Assembly (NCBI GenBank): GCA_026705445.1
Contig: JAPPAR010000001.1
Coordinates: forward strand, 8,030-72,029
Direction of reading: 5' to 3'
Length of the DNA: 64,000 bases
Origin: Candidatus Dadabacteria bacterium
GTDB taxonomy: Bacteria; Desulfobacterota_D; UBA1144; Nemesobacterales; Nemesobacteraceae
Shown piece after piece: positions 18,584 through 29,550 of this stretch. Made by a program: the position numbers and the translations under genes. The first letter of the stretch is position 1. The number at the start of each line of letters is the position of its first letter. The notes under the pieces are model-generated. The model was not told the DNA's origin. It did no database searches and was given only the letters and a program-made list of their open reading frames with translations.

Positions 18584-19120
18584 TCACTCGAAGTCTGACC
18601 CCTGTTTTCCTTCCCGCAGTTCCCGGAGTTTTTCCAGGCTCTCGTCAAGATCATCCGGCGCCTGCTCCCTGATAATTTGATATCCGCTGATGACTTTGGG
18701 AGCCAGAACGGAATTCTTGATGAAAGGAGCATCCTCATCCACAAACTGCTTTACCCCGGTTACCAGAAGGTAGCAGAGCAGTAGACCGACTATAAAGCCC
18801 ATCGCCCCGCCGAGGAGATGGTTAATCCATCCCATCTTGACTTTTTCCAGCAGGTCCGTCAGGAAATGGGAAAGATAATGTATGAGCATGTACGCAAGGG
18901 AGGCTACGATCAGAAATCCCAGAATGTCGGCGATTCTCGGTTCGGCGATAATGTTTTTTTCAAGCAGAATAGCCCCCAGCGGTCCATAGAAGAAGAAGCC
19001 CAGCGCCACTCCCCCTATTATGGCGGTCAGTGAGAAAAACTGCTTTATAAGGCCTGACCTGAGCCCACCCCCGAAACAGGCCAAGATCATGAATAAGAGT
19101 AAGATATCAAACAGGTTCAA
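18584..19120 (-). CDS. cvpA: CvpA family (colicin V production) membrane protein
   Basis: MNLFDI..., G..SGLIKQFFSL, 4-5 TM segments, INHLLGGAMG. Confidence 0.85.
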   Translation of the reverse strand: MNLFDILLLFMILACFGGGLRSGLIKQFFSLTAIIGGVALGFFFYGPLGAILLEKNIIAEPRIADILGFLIVASLAYMLIHYLSHFLTDLLEKVKMGWINHLLGGAMGFIVGLLLCYLLVTGVKQFVDEDAPFIKNSVLAPKVISGYQIIREQAPDDLDESLEKLRELREGKQGSDFE

Positions 19121-19250
19121 ATCGGTTTACCGTTACGCTCTTGCGGATTGTTTTACGAAAAATTCCCTTTAAAAAAGGAAACTTACATCAGGTTAACGGT
19201 GGTGTCCAGTCTTTGACTTGTCGGGTTCGTTCGTATAGTCTAAGCGTCCG

Positions 19251-20234
19251 ATGGAGTTCTCAGACATAATTGAGATAATTCACCCGAGCCTCGCGGAAAC
19301 AGAGAGGAAAATCGATGAATTCATAAAATCCGACGTTCCTCTGGTCTACGAAATAGCCAAGTATCTGCTTGGCGGAGGAGGAAAGAGAATCAGGCCTTCC
19401 CTCGTTCTTCTCTCAAGCGCCGCCTGCGGGCTTACCGATGGGGAAAATCGGATTGCGGCAGCTGCCGGGATTGAACTTTTCCACGCCGGCACCCTTTTTC
19501 ACGACGATGTAGTCGATCAGGCGGAATTCAGAAGGGGGAACGCTTCTTCAAATATAGTTTGGGGGAACAAGCCCACCGTGCTGGTGGGGGATTTTATGCT
19601 GGCCCGGGGCCTTGAGCTTATATACAGCTGCGGCAGTCTTGAACTCCTGAGAGTGGTCTCCAGAGCCTCGTCTCGTCTTGCCGAGGGCCATGTGCTCGAG
19701 ATTATGAGCGAAAGAAAGATGGTTGAAATCTCGGAGGACTTCTGTTTTTCCGTGATTGACCACAAAACGGCCGCGCTCATTGAATGCTCGACCGAGACCG
19801 GAGCGCTTCTGGCGAATACTTCAAACGGAGCGGTCAGGGCTCTTTCACACTACGGGCACAACATAGGAATAGCGTTTCAGCTTATAGACGATGCGCTTGA
19901 CTACTGTTCTGAAGAGAACAAGTTCGGGAAAAAAACCGGACAGGACCTGGCTGAACGGAAAATGACCCTCCCGCTTTACTACTCAATTGAAAACGCCCCG
20001 GAAGACGTGAGACGCAAAGTGATCGAAACGCTTGACAAGGAAGATGATCTCGATAGTTCCGAGATAGCGGAGATATCGCAACTAGTAGCCCACTACCGCG
20101 GGGTCGATTTGACCAGACAGCGGGCAAAGGAGTTTGTGGTTGAAGCGAAAAAATCTCTGGACGAGATACCGCAGAACGATTATAAGGAATCCCTCGGTCG
20201 CCTTGCCGATTACGTGGCTGAGAGAAACTTCTGA
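19251..20234 (+). CDS. Polyprenyl diphosphate synthase (IspB-like)
   Basis: GGKRIRP, HDDVVD..RRG, FQLIDDALD. Confidence 0.92.
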   Translation: MEFSDIIEIIHPSLAETERKIDEFIKSDVPLVYEIAKYLLGGGGKRIRPSLVLLSSAACGLTDGENRIAAAAGIELFHAGTLFHDDVVDQAEFRRGNASSNIVWGNKPTVLVGDFMLARGLELIYSCGSLELLRVVSRASSRLAEGHVLEIMSERKMVEISEDFCFSVIDHKTAALIECSTETGALLANTSNGAVRALSHYGHNIGIAFQLIDDALDYCSEENKFGKKTGQDLAERKMTLPLYYSIENAPEDVRRKVIETLDKEDDLDSSEIAEISQLVAHYRGVDLTRQRAKEFVVEAKKSLDEIPQNDYKESLGRLADYVAERNF

Positions 20235-20683
20235 TAGTAGCTGTCAAGCGCAAGACCCATCACGTAGGCGTCCCCTCTCCCCCTGCCATAGTAGTTCTTG
20301 CGTGTTCTAAGAATCTCAAACCCGAGCTTTTCATAAAGCATGATTGCCGGCGTGTTTGTCGTTCTTACCTCGAGAATAACCGAGAGAGCCCCCATTTTTT
20401 CATAAAAATTGAAGGTGTCTGAGAGCAGTTCAATCGCTACTCCCTTTCTCCTGTGGCAGGATGCCACGGCAATCTTGAATACGTGAATTTCGTCGTAGAC
20501 AAGGGTGGATATTGAGTAGCCCGCAACGTCTTCGTCGCTTCCGTTTATGGCTATATTGCAGAAGAATCCGGATTTTTTGATGTAATCCGAGAGCACTTGT
20601 TTCGGCCACGGGGAGATGAAGGATTCGTTTTCGATCTTCACGATCTCGTTTATATATTTCGGTGAGAGGGCCTTTATGATCAT
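20210..20683 (-). CDS. rimI: Ribosomal-protein alanine N-acetyltransferase
   Basis: IE..SF..PW, LEVR..N..A..LYEKLGF..RKNYY. Confidence 0.88.
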   Translation of the reverse strand: MIIKALSPKYINEIVKIENESFISPWPKQVLSDYIKKSGFFCNIAINGSDEDVAGYSISTLVYDEIHVFKIAVASCHRRKGVAIELLSDTFNFYEKMGALSVILEVRTTNTPAIMLYEKLGFEILRTRKNYYGRGRGDAYVMGLALDSYYQKFLSAT

Positions 20684-21705
20684 TTTTCTTGTGCCGACCG
20701 AGGTGGACGAAGCTCTTCAAAATAAAGATCGAGCAGATTCGCGGCTCCCGTGTAGGGATCTGTTTTTCCTTCCATCACTTCTTTTTCCACTTCGCCGAGC
20801 GTTTCTTTGACGAGGGAGCTTTCATAAAAGCTGTCCTCAAGATTCTGGATGAGCGCTTCATGCAGGCGGTATATACCCTGTTTTCTTCTTTTTTCCGTAA
20901 AGTATCCGTTTTCTCTGCAGAGATCTTCATAGTCCATGACGCACTGCCAGATTTTCCTTATTCCGTAACCCGTAACGGAGGAGCAGGCGTAAGCCCTGGG
21001 GACCCACCCGGATTCAGGCGGTCTGTGGAATCCCAGCGACTCTTCCATTTCCTGTTTCATAAGCTCCGCTTTTTTCTTGTTTCTCCCGTCCGCCTTGGTT
21101 ATCAATACGGCGTCGGCGCGCTCGATTATTCCCTTTTTTATTCCCTGAATATCGTCTCCCGCCCCGGTAATCATGAGCAGCATGAAAAAATCGACCATGG
21201 AGTGACAGGTAATTTCAGACTGCCCGACTCCCACCGTTTCTATAAAGATCGTGTCGAATCCTGCCGCCTCGCAGAGAATCACAGCGTCGCTTGTCTTTTT
21301 TGCGACTCCCCCCAGAGAACCGGCCGACGGAGAGGGCCTTATGTAGACGTTTTCATGCCGGGAAAGCTCCTCCATCCTGAGTTTGTCGCCCAAAACGCTT
21401 CCCCCGGTTTCGCTGCTCGTGGGATCGATTGCGAGCACCGCTATCTTTTTTCCGCACTCGCGGGCCAGATAGAGACCCAGAGATTCTATGAAGCTGCTCT
21501 TTCCGACTCCGGGTATACCCGTGATTCCCACCCTTATGGATTTTCCGGACCGCGGCAGACACCATGTGATTATTTCCCGCGCAAGCTTTTTATGCTCGGG
21601 CAGGGTGCTCTCCGCAAGGGTTATCGCCCTGCTAAGAGCGGGTATTTCTCCCTTGGCTATGCCTTGGCGGTAAGTTTCCGCTTCCGTTTTTTTGTGCGGG
21701 GTCAT
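20680..21705 (-). CDS. meaB: Methylmalonyl-CoA mutase-associated GTPase
   Basis: [35 protein letters not shown]; adjacent to the mutase genes. Confidence 0.95.
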   Translation of the reverse strand: MTPHKKTEAETYRQGIAKGEIPALSRAITLAESTLPEHKKLAREIITWCLPRSGKSIRVGITGIPGVGKSSFIESLGLYLARECGKKIAVLAIDPTSSETGGSVLGDKLRMEELSRHENVYIRPSPSAGSLGGVAKKTSDAVILCEAAGFDTIFIETVGVGQSEITCHSMVDFFMLLMITGAGDDIQGIKKGIIERADAVLITKADGRNKKKAELMKQEMEESLGFHRPPESGWVPRAYACSSVTGYGIRKIWQCVMDYEDLCRENGYFTEKRRKQGIYRLHEALIQNLEDSFYESSLVKETLGEVEKEVMEGKTDPYTGAANLLDLYFEELRPPRSAQEK

Positions 21706-23840
21706 GTTCGGGTTTCTGTCAGGGGCACGAGTATGGCTTCGGCCGCTTCGGACAGCACGGTTCCCGGACCAAATATCTGCGAGACTCCGGCGTTCCTGAG
21801 GTAGTCGTAATCGCGTTTGGGTATAACCCCTCCTGCGACCACCATTATGTCGTCGCCTCCCATCTCGTCGAGCTTTTTTATAAGTTCGGGGATGAGTGTC
21901 TTGTGGCCGGCGGCCAGGCTCGATATTCCGATTATGTGGACATCGTTTTCAACTGCCTGCCTTGCCGCTTCTTCGGGGGTCTGAAAGAGCGGGCCTATGT
22001 CCACATCGAAACCGAGGTCAGCAAAACCCGTCGCTATTATCTTCGCCCCGCGGTCATGGCCGTCCTGGCCCATCTTTGCGACCAGTATTCTGGGTCTTCT
22101 CCCTTCCAGAGTGGCGAAACGGTCAGCAAGCTCCCTTGCCTTGGCAAATCCGGCGTCCTTCGAAATTTCCGATGAATATACTCCCGAGATCGTGCGCCAT
22201 CCAGGCCTGTATCTCCCCCATGCCTCCTCGCACGCGTCCGATATTTCTCCGAGGGTGGCGTTTTCCCTTGCGGCCTCAACCGCCAGGGAGAGAAGGTTGC
22301 CTTGCTCCGTTTCTGCGCATTCAGTGATTTTCCGAAGCGCGCGCTCAACCGCCTCGGAATCCCTTTTTTCTTTCAGTTTCCCTAGTCTTTTAATCTGGTT
22401 CTCCCTCACCTTGCGGTTATCCACTTCCAGTATATCGAATTCTTCCTGCGCGTCCGAATTATAACTGTTGACTCCTACTATCACGTCTTTTCCCGAGTCT
22501 ATCCTCGCCTGTTTTCGTGCCGCCGCTTCCTCTATCCTCATTTTCGGCAAACCGGTCTCTATGGCTTTGGACATTCCTCCCAGCTCTTCTATTTCCATTA
22601 TGAGTTCCCAGGCCCTTCTCGCCAGATTATGGGTAAGGTACTCGACATAGTAGGACCCCGCCCAGGGATCGATCAACCTGCATACATCCGTTTCTTTCTG
22701 AAGATAAAGCTGGGTGTTTCTCGCTATCCTGGCGGAAAAGTCGGTGGGAAGGGCGATTGCTTCATCCAGGGCGTTTGTGTGGAGTGACTGGGTGCCGCCG
22801 AGCACCGCGCTTAGGGCTTCAACGCATGTCCTCGTCACGTTGTTAAACGGATCCTGCTCCGTGAGGCTCCATCCCGAAGTCTGGCAGTGGGTTCTGAGCA
22901 TGAGCGAAGCCGGTTTTTTGGGCTCAAAGGTCTTGACGATCTTGGCCCAGAGCATCCTCGCCGCCCTCATTTTTGCGATTTCCATGAAATGGTCCATGCC
23001 TATTCCCCAGAAGAAGGAAATTCTGGGAGCGAAATCGTCAATGTTGAGTCCCGCCTCGACTCCCGCCCTTAAATACTCAAGGCCGTCGGCGAGCGTGTAG
23101 GCAAGCTCTATGTCCGACGTGGCACCTGCTTCTTCCATGTGGTAGCCGCTTACGCTTATCGAATTGAACTTCGGCATGTTTTTCGATGTATATTCGAAAA
23201 TGTCCGAGACTATCTTCATCGAGAATTCAGGCGGGTAAATGTAGGTGTTCCTTACCATGAACTCCTTTAGTATGTCGTTTTGGATCGTTCCGCTGAGTTT
23301 TTCCGGTCCCACTCCCTGCCGCTCCGCAACGACTATGTAGAAAGCCATGATCGGCAGAACCGCGCCGTTCATGGTCATGGAAACCGAGATCTGATCAAGG
23401 GGTATTCGATCGAGAAGAATCTCCATGTCGAGTACCGAATCTATTGCTACGCCTGCCTTTCCAACGTCTCCCGAAACTCTGGGATGGTCTGAGTCGTATC
23501 CCCTGTGAGTGGGAAGATCAAAGGCTATTGAAAGCCCTTTCTGCCCCGCGGCCAGATTTCTTCTGTAGAAAGCGTTTGATTCCTCCGCGGTGGAGAATCC
23601 CGCGTACTGTCTGATGGTCCAGGGTCTCGTGATGTACATGGTCGGGTAGGGTCCGCGGAGGTAGGGCGGAATTCCGGAGACAAATCCCAGGTGTTCGGAA
23701 TCACTGAGGTCGTTTGGGACATAAAACTCCTTTATGTCTATTTTCTCCGGTGATTCCCTTACGATATTTCCGCTTGCACGTGCGTTGCTGCCGCCGTTTG
23801 AACCGAAGCCGAGGTTTATTTTCGAAAAATCAGGTCTCAT
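21702..23840 (-). CDS. scpA: Methylmalonyl-CoA mutase, large (catalytic, B12-binding) subunit
   Basis: [27 protein letters not shown]12 motif. Confidence 0.97.
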   Translation of the reverse strand: MRPDFSKINLGFGSNGGSNARASGNIVRESPEKIDIKEFYVPNDLSDSEHLGFVSGIPPYLRGPYPTMYITRPWTIRQYAGFSTAEESNAFYRRNLAAGQKGLSIAFDLPTHRGYDSDHPRVSGDVGKAGVAIDSVLDMEILLDRIPLDQISVSMTMNGAVLPIMAFYIVVAERQGVGPEKLSGTIQNDILKEFMVRNTYIYPPEFSMKIVSDIFEYTSKNMPKFNSISVSGYHMEEAGATSDIELAYTLADGLEYLRAGVEAGLNIDDFAPRISFFWGIGMDHFMEIAKMRAARMLWAKIVKTFEPKKPASLMLRTHCQTSGWSLTEQDPFNNVTRTCVEALSAVLGGTQSLHTNALDEAIALPTDFSARIARNTQLYLQKETDVCRLIDPWAGSYYVEYLTHNLARRAWELIMEIEELGGMSKAIETGLPKMRIEEAAARKQARIDSGKDVIVGVNSYNSDAQEEFDILEVDNRKVRENQIKRLGKLKEKRDSEAVERALRKITECAETEQGNLLSLAVEAARENATLGEISDACEEAWGRYRPGWRTISGVYSSEISKDAGFAKARELADRFATLEGRRPRILVAKMGQDGHDRGAKIIATGFADLGFDVDIGPLFQTPEEAARQAVENDVHIIGISSLAAGHKTLIPELIKKLDEMGGDDIMVVAGGVIPKRDYDYLRNAGVSQIFGPGTVLSEAAEAILVPLTETRT

Positions 23841-25744
23841 GGTCCTGCCTCGTCTGAGAAAAGCAGCTCCTGGTATCTTTCAAGCGTGTCGCGGACATCC
23901 GAATCCGCATTGATAAAATCATCCACACCTGCCTCGGCGAGCCTTTCCCATTCGCCTTGTCCGCCGCCCGGAACGACAATTTTTATTTCCGCTCCCTTGT
24001 CCCTGAGTTTCATTGCGGTCTCCTCTGCAAACTGCTCGTAATCTTTGTCGGAACCGCAAATCGCTACCGCAAGCGGATTCTCGCGCAAGGCTGCCGCAAT
24101 TCCCTCGTCAATGCCCGGATTGTCCGCTCCGTCTACTATTGAGAAACCCCCGCACCCGAAGAAATTCATCGAAAAAACCGATCTTGCGACTGTCTGCGGC
24201 GAATCGCTCAGGTGAAGCAGGAAAACTTTTGGCGCCTCGCCTGTTCTCTCCGCGTATTCTTCGCTTAGAAGCCTTATTTTCTCAAAAACTTGAGCTGCCC
24301 TTGATTCCGTAAGAAGCGCTACCGTCGGAGCCGAACCGTTTTTCTCTTTTTCCGCGGGCAGGGTTTTCCGGATATCTCCCGCCATTTTTTCCAGCAGGTT
24401 GGGAAACTCGTTTGTTCCGACAAGCGTTTTTTTCCTCCGGGAGATGTCGCTCAGGGCTTTTTTTCTGCTGTCCTCGACCGCGTTCTGTATGAAGCCGCTT
24501 TTAAGGCACTCAAAGTAGCCGCCTTTTTTTTCTATTTCTTGGAACAGCTCGAGGGATTTCTGCGAAATGGACTGTGTCAGTTTCTCTATGTGGTAGGAGC
24601 CGCCTCCGGGGTCAGTCACCGCGTCGAGGTGGGATTCGTTTCTTGCCAGAAGCTGAATGTTCCTCGCCACTCTCCTTGATAACCCGTCGGGTTCTCTGTA
24701 GTGGGCATCAAACGGCTGAACGGTCAGGGAATCCGTCCCCCCGATTACAGACGCCATGGCTTCAAGCGCTGTCCGCAATATGTTTGTGTGCGGGTCGTAA
24801 ATGGTTTTGTTGAAGCCCGTGGTGTGGCAATGGATCCTCATTTTCGTGGATTTGGCGGAGGCGGGGCAAAACTGCTGGGCGACGTTTGCCCAGAGCGCCC
24901 TTGCGGCGCGAAGCTTGGCGATTTCCGCAAAGTAGCTCGAGCCCGTGGAGAAGGAAAAAACAAGGTGGCGGCAGGCGCTGTCTGAATCAACGCCTTTTTG
25001 GCGGAGCATGACCAGATACTCGACGGCCGCGGCGATGGTGAAGGCGAGTTCCTGGCTTATAGTTGCGCCTGAGTCTTTAAATGTCGAGCTTTTCACCGAA
25101 AACGCCGCGTAGCCGGGCGCGGCGTCTGAGAGATATCCGATAGCTTTTGCGATTTTATCCACAGCCTCATCAAGCGGCGTTGCAGAGGATTCGTATCCAA
25201 GCAGATGCGATAGAGGGTCGAAGAACATGGCTCCGCTGAGTTCCTGCGTGTCGATTTCTTTCCTGGCGCAGGAGGAAATGAAAAGGGTGCAGATCTTTTC
25301 CGGATCCTCTCTCAAGGCGAAGTTTATGCCGATGCGCAGGGGGTCTATGTCTTTTAGGAGAGTCTCGATGGTTTTGCGTTTCATTTCCGCCTGCGGGATG
25401 AAGGTGAGAGAATCCGCTCCGCCCTCTATTGCCGCAAGCGCCGCGGCTCCAGTCTCTTTCGGCGTGGTGAGCCTTATCTCTTCTGTAAGGAGCCAGCTGT
25501 TATCTTTTTCGCTGGTTCCCCGGACAAACGGAAATTCTCCCGGAAGCGGGGTTTCCCCCAAGAAAAGGTCCCTGGCTTCTTCTTCGGTGTAGAAGGGTTC
25601 AACCTCTATGCCGTCTTCGGTATGCCATATGAGATCTTTATAGGAAACTCTTTTTTCGGTTTCTTTTTTCCAGCTTTCTTTAGAGATGCTTGGAAAATCA
25701 TCGAAAAGAAGGACCTGCTCATGTTCTTTTTCTGTTTTGCTCAT
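23837..25744 (-). CDS. mutA: Methylmalonyl-CoA mutase, small subunit
   Basis: [29 protein letters not shown], no DxHxxG; overlaps scpA start (ATGA). Confidence 0.9.
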   Translation of the reverse strand: MSKTEKEHEQVLLFDDFPSISKESWKKETEKRVSYKDLIWHTEDGIEVEPFYTEEEARDLFLGETPLPGEFPFVRGTSEKDNSWLLTEEIRLTTPKETGAAALAAIEGGADSLTFIPQAEMKRKTIETLLKDIDPLRIGINFALREDPEKICTLFISSCARKEIDTQELSGAMFFDPLSHLLGYESSATPLDEAVDKIAKAIGYLSDAAPGYAAFSVKSSTFKDSGATISQELAFTIAAAVEYLVMLRQKGVDSDSACRHLVFSFSTGSSYFAEIAKLRAARALWANVAQQFCPASAKSTKMRIHCHTTGFNKTIYDPHTNILRTALEAMASVIGGTDSLTVQPFDAHYREPDGLSRRVARNIQLLARNESHLDAVTDPGGGSYHIEKLTQSISQKSLELFQEIEKKGGYFECLKSGFIQNAVEDSRKKALSDISRRKKTLVGTNEFPNLLEKMAGDIRKTLPAEKEKNGSAPTVALLTESRAAQVFEKIRLLSEEYAERTGEAPKVFLLHLSDSPQTVARSVFSMNFFGCGGFSIVDGADNPGIDEGIAAALRENPLAVAICGSDKDYEQFAEETAMKLRDKGAEIKIVVPGGGQGEWERLAEAGVDDFINADSDVRDTLERYQELLFSDEAGP

Positions 25745-25911
25745 GAAAGCGCCTTTGCTCTCCTAGTTCTCGGGTGAATAAGTATATAATTTCGATTTAT
25801 TTCTGCCAACATGCTGAAACCATTTAATTTACCGTTTTCTCTACCCGTTGTTCGGAACGGGTCCGGTCGGAGAAATTGTTATTTGTTTTTTTCGACTTTA
25901 ATATTAAGGGA

Positions 25912-26586
25912 ATGTCTGGAAAAGCGGTTGTCATGGTCTCTGGAGGCGTGGACAGTTCTACTCTCTGCTATAAGGCGGTTCGGGAAGGGTACGAAGTCTT
26001 TCCTCTTACCTTTATCTACGGACAGAAACACGAAAGAGAGGTCCGTTCCTCAGAAAATGTATGCCGGCATCTGGGGCTTTCTCCCAACATAATTGACCTT
26101 TCTTCCGTAAGGACTCTTTTCGGCGCCTCTGCGCTTACCGACCGGGACGTCGAGATTCCCAGGGTTTCCGCGACGGCGCGCAATTACGAGACCCTATCGG
26201 CAACAGTCGTTCCGAACCGAAACGCCATCTTTCTCTCCCTTTCGGTTGCCTATTCACAGGGTATCGGCTGCGACACTGTGTTCTACGGCGCGCATCATTC
26301 CGACAGGGGTGTGTATCCCGACTGCCGAGCGGAGTTCGTTTCGGCTTTCGAGAAAGCGGAGAGACTCGCGACTGACAACGAACGCCTCACCATAATTGCC
26401 CCGTTTATAGATATGGACAAGTCGGGGATAGTCAGACTCGGTGCGCGTCTCGGGGTTCCTTTCGAAGATACGTGGTCGTGCTACGTGGGTTCCCGTATGC
26501 ACTGCGGCACCTGCAGTTCGTGCAGGGAGAGAAAAAGGGCCTTTATCGAAGCGGATGTGGATGATCCGACGGAATATGAGGCGTAA
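25912..26586 (+). CDS. queC: 7-cyano-7-deazaguanine synthase
   Basis: SGGVDS, YGQKH, VPNRN, YPDCR, TWSCY..CGTCSSC. Confidence 0.96.
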   Translation: MSGKAVVMVSGGVDSSTLCYKAVREGYEVFPLTFIYGQKHEREVRSSENVCRHLGLSPNIIDLSSVRTLFGASALTDRDVEIPRVSATARNYETLSATVVPNRNAIFLSLSVAYSQGIGCDTVFYGAHHSDRGVYPDCRAEFVSAFEKAERLATDNERLTIIAPFIDMDKSGIVRLGARLGVPFEDTWSCYVGSRMHCGTCSSCRERKRAFIEADVDDPTEYEA

Positions 26587-26591
26587 CTGCG

Positions 26592-27233
26592 ATGAAGGTA
26601 AGTGAAATTTTCTTTTCAATACAGGGTGAAGGAATCCATATTGGGCTGCCGACGGTCTTTCTCAGGCTTTTTGCCTGTGATCTCAGATGCAGTTGGTGCG
26701 ACACCATGTACGCCGTGGAGGGGAATGACTTCCGGGAGATGGAAACAAGCGAGGTCCTGAGCAAGGTTCTTGAATACGGATGCTCCCGCGTCTGCATAAC
26801 TGGCGGGGAGCCGCTTATTCAGCGGGATGCCGTGGAGGAGGTAACGGAATTTCTGCTCGAGAGGGATTTTGTGGTAGTGCTTGAAACAAGCGGACACAAG
26901 AAACCTCCTGGGATTTTCTCCCATCCCAATTCGGTCGTGAGCATGGACTGCAAGTGTCCCGGTTCGGGCATGGACTCCAGGATGGATTTCTCCCTCTACG
27001 ACGCCTTGGGGGAGAAGGACCAGCTTAAGTTCGTAATAGCCGATAATGCTGACTACGAGTACGCGAGGAGTATTGTAGCCGAGCATCATATCAGCGCTTC
27101 AATCATATTCCAGCCCGTTTACGGTACAAAAGCGGACTGGATAGCCGAGAGAGTCCTGCGCGACGGCATGGAGAACGTAAGAGTGCTTCCGCAGCTTCAC
27201 AAAATATTCTGGGGAGAAAAAAGGGGAGTCTGA
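26592..27233 (+). CDS. queE: 7-carboxy-7-deazaguanine synthase (radical SAM)
   Basis: EIFFSIQGEG, CDLRCSWCDT, TGGEP, PQLHK. Confidence 0.95.
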   Translation: MKVSEIFFSIQGEGIHIGLPTVFLRLFACDLRCSWCDTMYAVEGNDFREMETSEVLSKVLEYGCSRVCITGGEPLIQRDAVEEVTEFLLERDFVVVLETSGHKKPPGIFSHPNSVVSMDCKCPGSGMDSRMDFSLYDALGEKDQLKFVIADNADYEYARSIVAEHHISASIIFQPVYGTKADWIAERVLRDGMENVRVLPQLHKIFWGEKRGV

Positions 27234-27360
27234 CCTCTTCCGTCGTTTTAAAACTTTCCCGGTCGGGTTTTTATTTTTTTTAATTTTCTTGTTGTTATTA
27301 TGTTAGAATTCAGGGTATAAAGAGTAAGTCGTGCGGACGGGTCAAGAGCCGAGGAGAGAG

Positions 27361-28230
27361 ATGATGGAAGAGCATATAGAAGATTACAATTACGAGCCTT
27401 TTGCCGATACCAAGGAGTACAGGAAGGTAAACGGCGATATGACCAGAAGCTGGATTCAGATAATGGTTGAAAGAGGGGTGGAGAGTCTCGACAGGTTCCT
27501 TGACATCGCTACAGGCGCGGGCACCATGGCACAGCTTTTTTTCGAAATGCTTCCCGCAAATCTGAAAGAGTCGGCGGTGTTCTGCCTTGATCAGTCGGCA
27601 GGTGCTCTTAAACTTACCAAGCGCAGGCTTGAGAAAGAGATTGACAAGCTGACTCTTATCAATTCCTCAATACAGGAACTTGATCTGCCTCCGAAAAGTC
27701 TTGATGTGGCCATATGGGGCAACGGCATACATTATCTCGACGAAGAGGAACAACTTAAGAGCCTCAAAGCGATCAAGAAAGCGCTTAAGCCCGGGGGCTG
27801 GTTTTTTTTCAATACCTCTTTTTACGAAGGGGCAAGACCCGAGGAAACCATACCTTTCTACAGAACCCAGGTGAGAAACGCCGTCCAGTTCCTGAGAAAA
27901 CAAGGAGTGAAAAGAGTAGAGATCGAGGGGAAAGCCGAAGCCGCGAAGTTTCACCCCCGCTCCTACTATGAAGAACTCGTGGGCAAGGTGGGATTTGACC
28001 TTGTTGACGCTCAGGAATTCGCCGCCGATCTTACGAAAGAAGCATGGGAGTACATAAGTTCTTTCCAGCAATATGCCGCCGGCGCCCTTCACGGCTATCC
28101 GGATGAGGCCGTTTCCGATGCTATGAAAAACGCCGTTGAGCCGGCAATTCTTCTCCACGGGGAAGTGAATGAGGACGGGGACCACTTTGTTACCAGGAAG
28201 TGGCTTTCCATAAGCGCACGACGGGCGTGA
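27361..28230 (+). CDS. Class I SAM-dependent methyltransferase
   Basis: FLDIATGAG motif I, LDQS, LKPGG. Confidence 0.8.
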   Translation: MMEEHIEDYNYEPFADTKEYRKVNGDMTRSWIQIMVERGVESLDRFLDIATGAGTMAQLFFEMLPANLKESAVFCLDQSAGALKLTKRRLEKEIDKLTLINSSIQELDLPPKSLDVAIWGNGIHYLDEEEQLKSLKAIKKALKPGGWFFFNTSFYEGARPEETIPFYRTQVRNAVQFLRKQGVKRVEIEGKAEAAKFHPRSYYEELVGKVGFDLVDAQEFAADLTKEAWEYISSFQQYAAGALHGYPDEAVSDAMKNAVEPAILLHGEVNEDGDHFVTRKWLSISARRA

Positions 28231-28248
28231 TTTTCCGCCGGGGGAACC

Positions 28249-28569
28249 TTATTCGCCCGAAACGCTGTTTTTCCTTAAAAAATCGAAGGTATAGAATCCG
28301 GTTTCACACCAGTTCTCGCCTATGAACCTTATGGCGTAATTCCCTACGTACTCTATCCTCTCCGGCATCATGCTGCTTTTTCCGAGGGGTATCCGTTTTT
28401 TAAACGGAAGTTTTCCGGTTCTGCTCTTTTTCCTGAGCCTCCTGCAGGTGGCGCAGGGACAGATCTCTCTGAGCTCGTCGTAAAAGAATATGCTTTCTTC
28501 ACCGTTGTCCCAGACGATCTGAAGAGCTTTTTCGGTAAATTCGTTTATTTCCTTAGGTTTTGTACCCAC
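28249..28569 (-). CDS. DUF971 / GBBH-like N-terminal domain protein
   Basis: LQIVWDNG, LREICPCATC, VGNYAI..TGFYTFDFL; GTG start inferred. Confidence 0.8.
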   Translation of the reverse strand: MGTKPKEINEFTEKALQIVWDNGEESIFFYDELREICPCATCRRLRKKSRTGKLPFKKRIPLGKSSMMPERIEYVGNYAIRFIGENWCETGFYTFDFLRKNSVSGE

Positions 28570-28748
28570 GACACGATATTTTACCCGCCCGCAGAACTGC
28601 AATCGATTTAATTGTGTTGTGGAGAGGTTTTTCCGCCGGGTTTTGACGGGATGAGAAGAGCTTTTAGCATCCTGAATTCGCCCGGTATCGAGCGGGTTGC
28701 GATCAATTTGCGGACAGTTAACGCAAGCGGTTATAATCAAAACTTGAA

Positions 28749-29513
28749 ATGAGCGAGCAGGAACAGGATGCGCTCTCGGCAACGGTCAAGTGGATCCGGG
28801 AAGCCTCTCAGGTAGTTTTTCTAACGGGAGTTGAACTTTCTCTTGAAGTCGGACTGCCTGACGTTTCGGATCTGAGCTTCAATCCTGACATAGGGAAATT
28901 CAAGAATCGCCCGGAGGTAAGGAGAGAGTACTGGGAAAAGATAAAGGATTTTTATCCCAGAATCTCGGAAGCCAGGCCCTCTCCCGCCCACGAAGCCATT
29001 TACGAGATGGAGTTTCTCTGCAACGTTGACTGCGTTCTTACCCAAGCGGCCGACGGCCTGCACAACAAAACCGGCAGCGAAAAAATAATAGAGATATACT
29101 CGACGATAAACTGGATCCACTGCCATGAATGCGGAAACGATTACCGCACTGATGGAATACTGCTTGGCCTTGAGGACAGCAAGACCGGCATTCCGAAATG
29201 CAAGGAATGCCGGAGCGATCAGATGAAACCTCCGCTGTCCTTCCCGGGACAGCCGCTTCCTCACTGGGAGATAAGGGAGTCCTGGATGAGGCTTCAGCAC
29301 TGCGATCTTTTCATAGTCGTCGGGGCGAATCTGGAGATCGAGCCCGTGGCTTCTTTTCCCTTCCAGGTCATGAACAAGGGGAACAAGGTGGTTATTATCG
29401 GCGAGAGGGAAACCCCGGCCGACGACTACGTAAGTGCCGTCATATACGGAAGCCCGAGCCGAGTCATGCCTTACATAGTTGATAAACTCAAGGAAACCCA
29501 TACGGTCTCCTGA
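28749..29513 (+). CDS. Sirtuin (CobB/Sir2)-fold protein with degenerate catalytic motifs
   Basis: Overall CobB layout (ARPSPAH, TQ..DGLH, two CxxC, CDLFIVVG) but GAG/FR, QNID and catalytic HG motifs are altered. Confidence 0.8.
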   Translation: MSEQEQDALSATVKWIREASQVVFLTGVELSLEVGLPDVSDLSFNPDIGKFKNRPEVRREYWEKIKDFYPRISEARPSPAHEAIYEMEFLCNVDCVLTQAADGLHNKTGSEKIIEIYSTINWIHCHECGNDYRTDGILLGLEDSKTGIPKCKECRSDQMKPPLSFPGQPLPHWEIRESWMRLQHCDLFIVVGANLEIEPVASFPFQVMNKGNKVVIIGERETPADDYVSAVIYGSPSRVMPYIVDKLKETHTVS

Positions 29514-29550
29514 ACCCCGGGAGCCATAGGAGGGGAGCGGGAGAGCAGTC

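Noticed and set aside
25912-28230. queC-queE plus methyltransferase as a 7-deazaguanine DNA modification (dpd) system
   Set aside because: No dpdA/tgt-like gene nearby and composition looks like core genome; ordinary queuosine synthesis is sufficient
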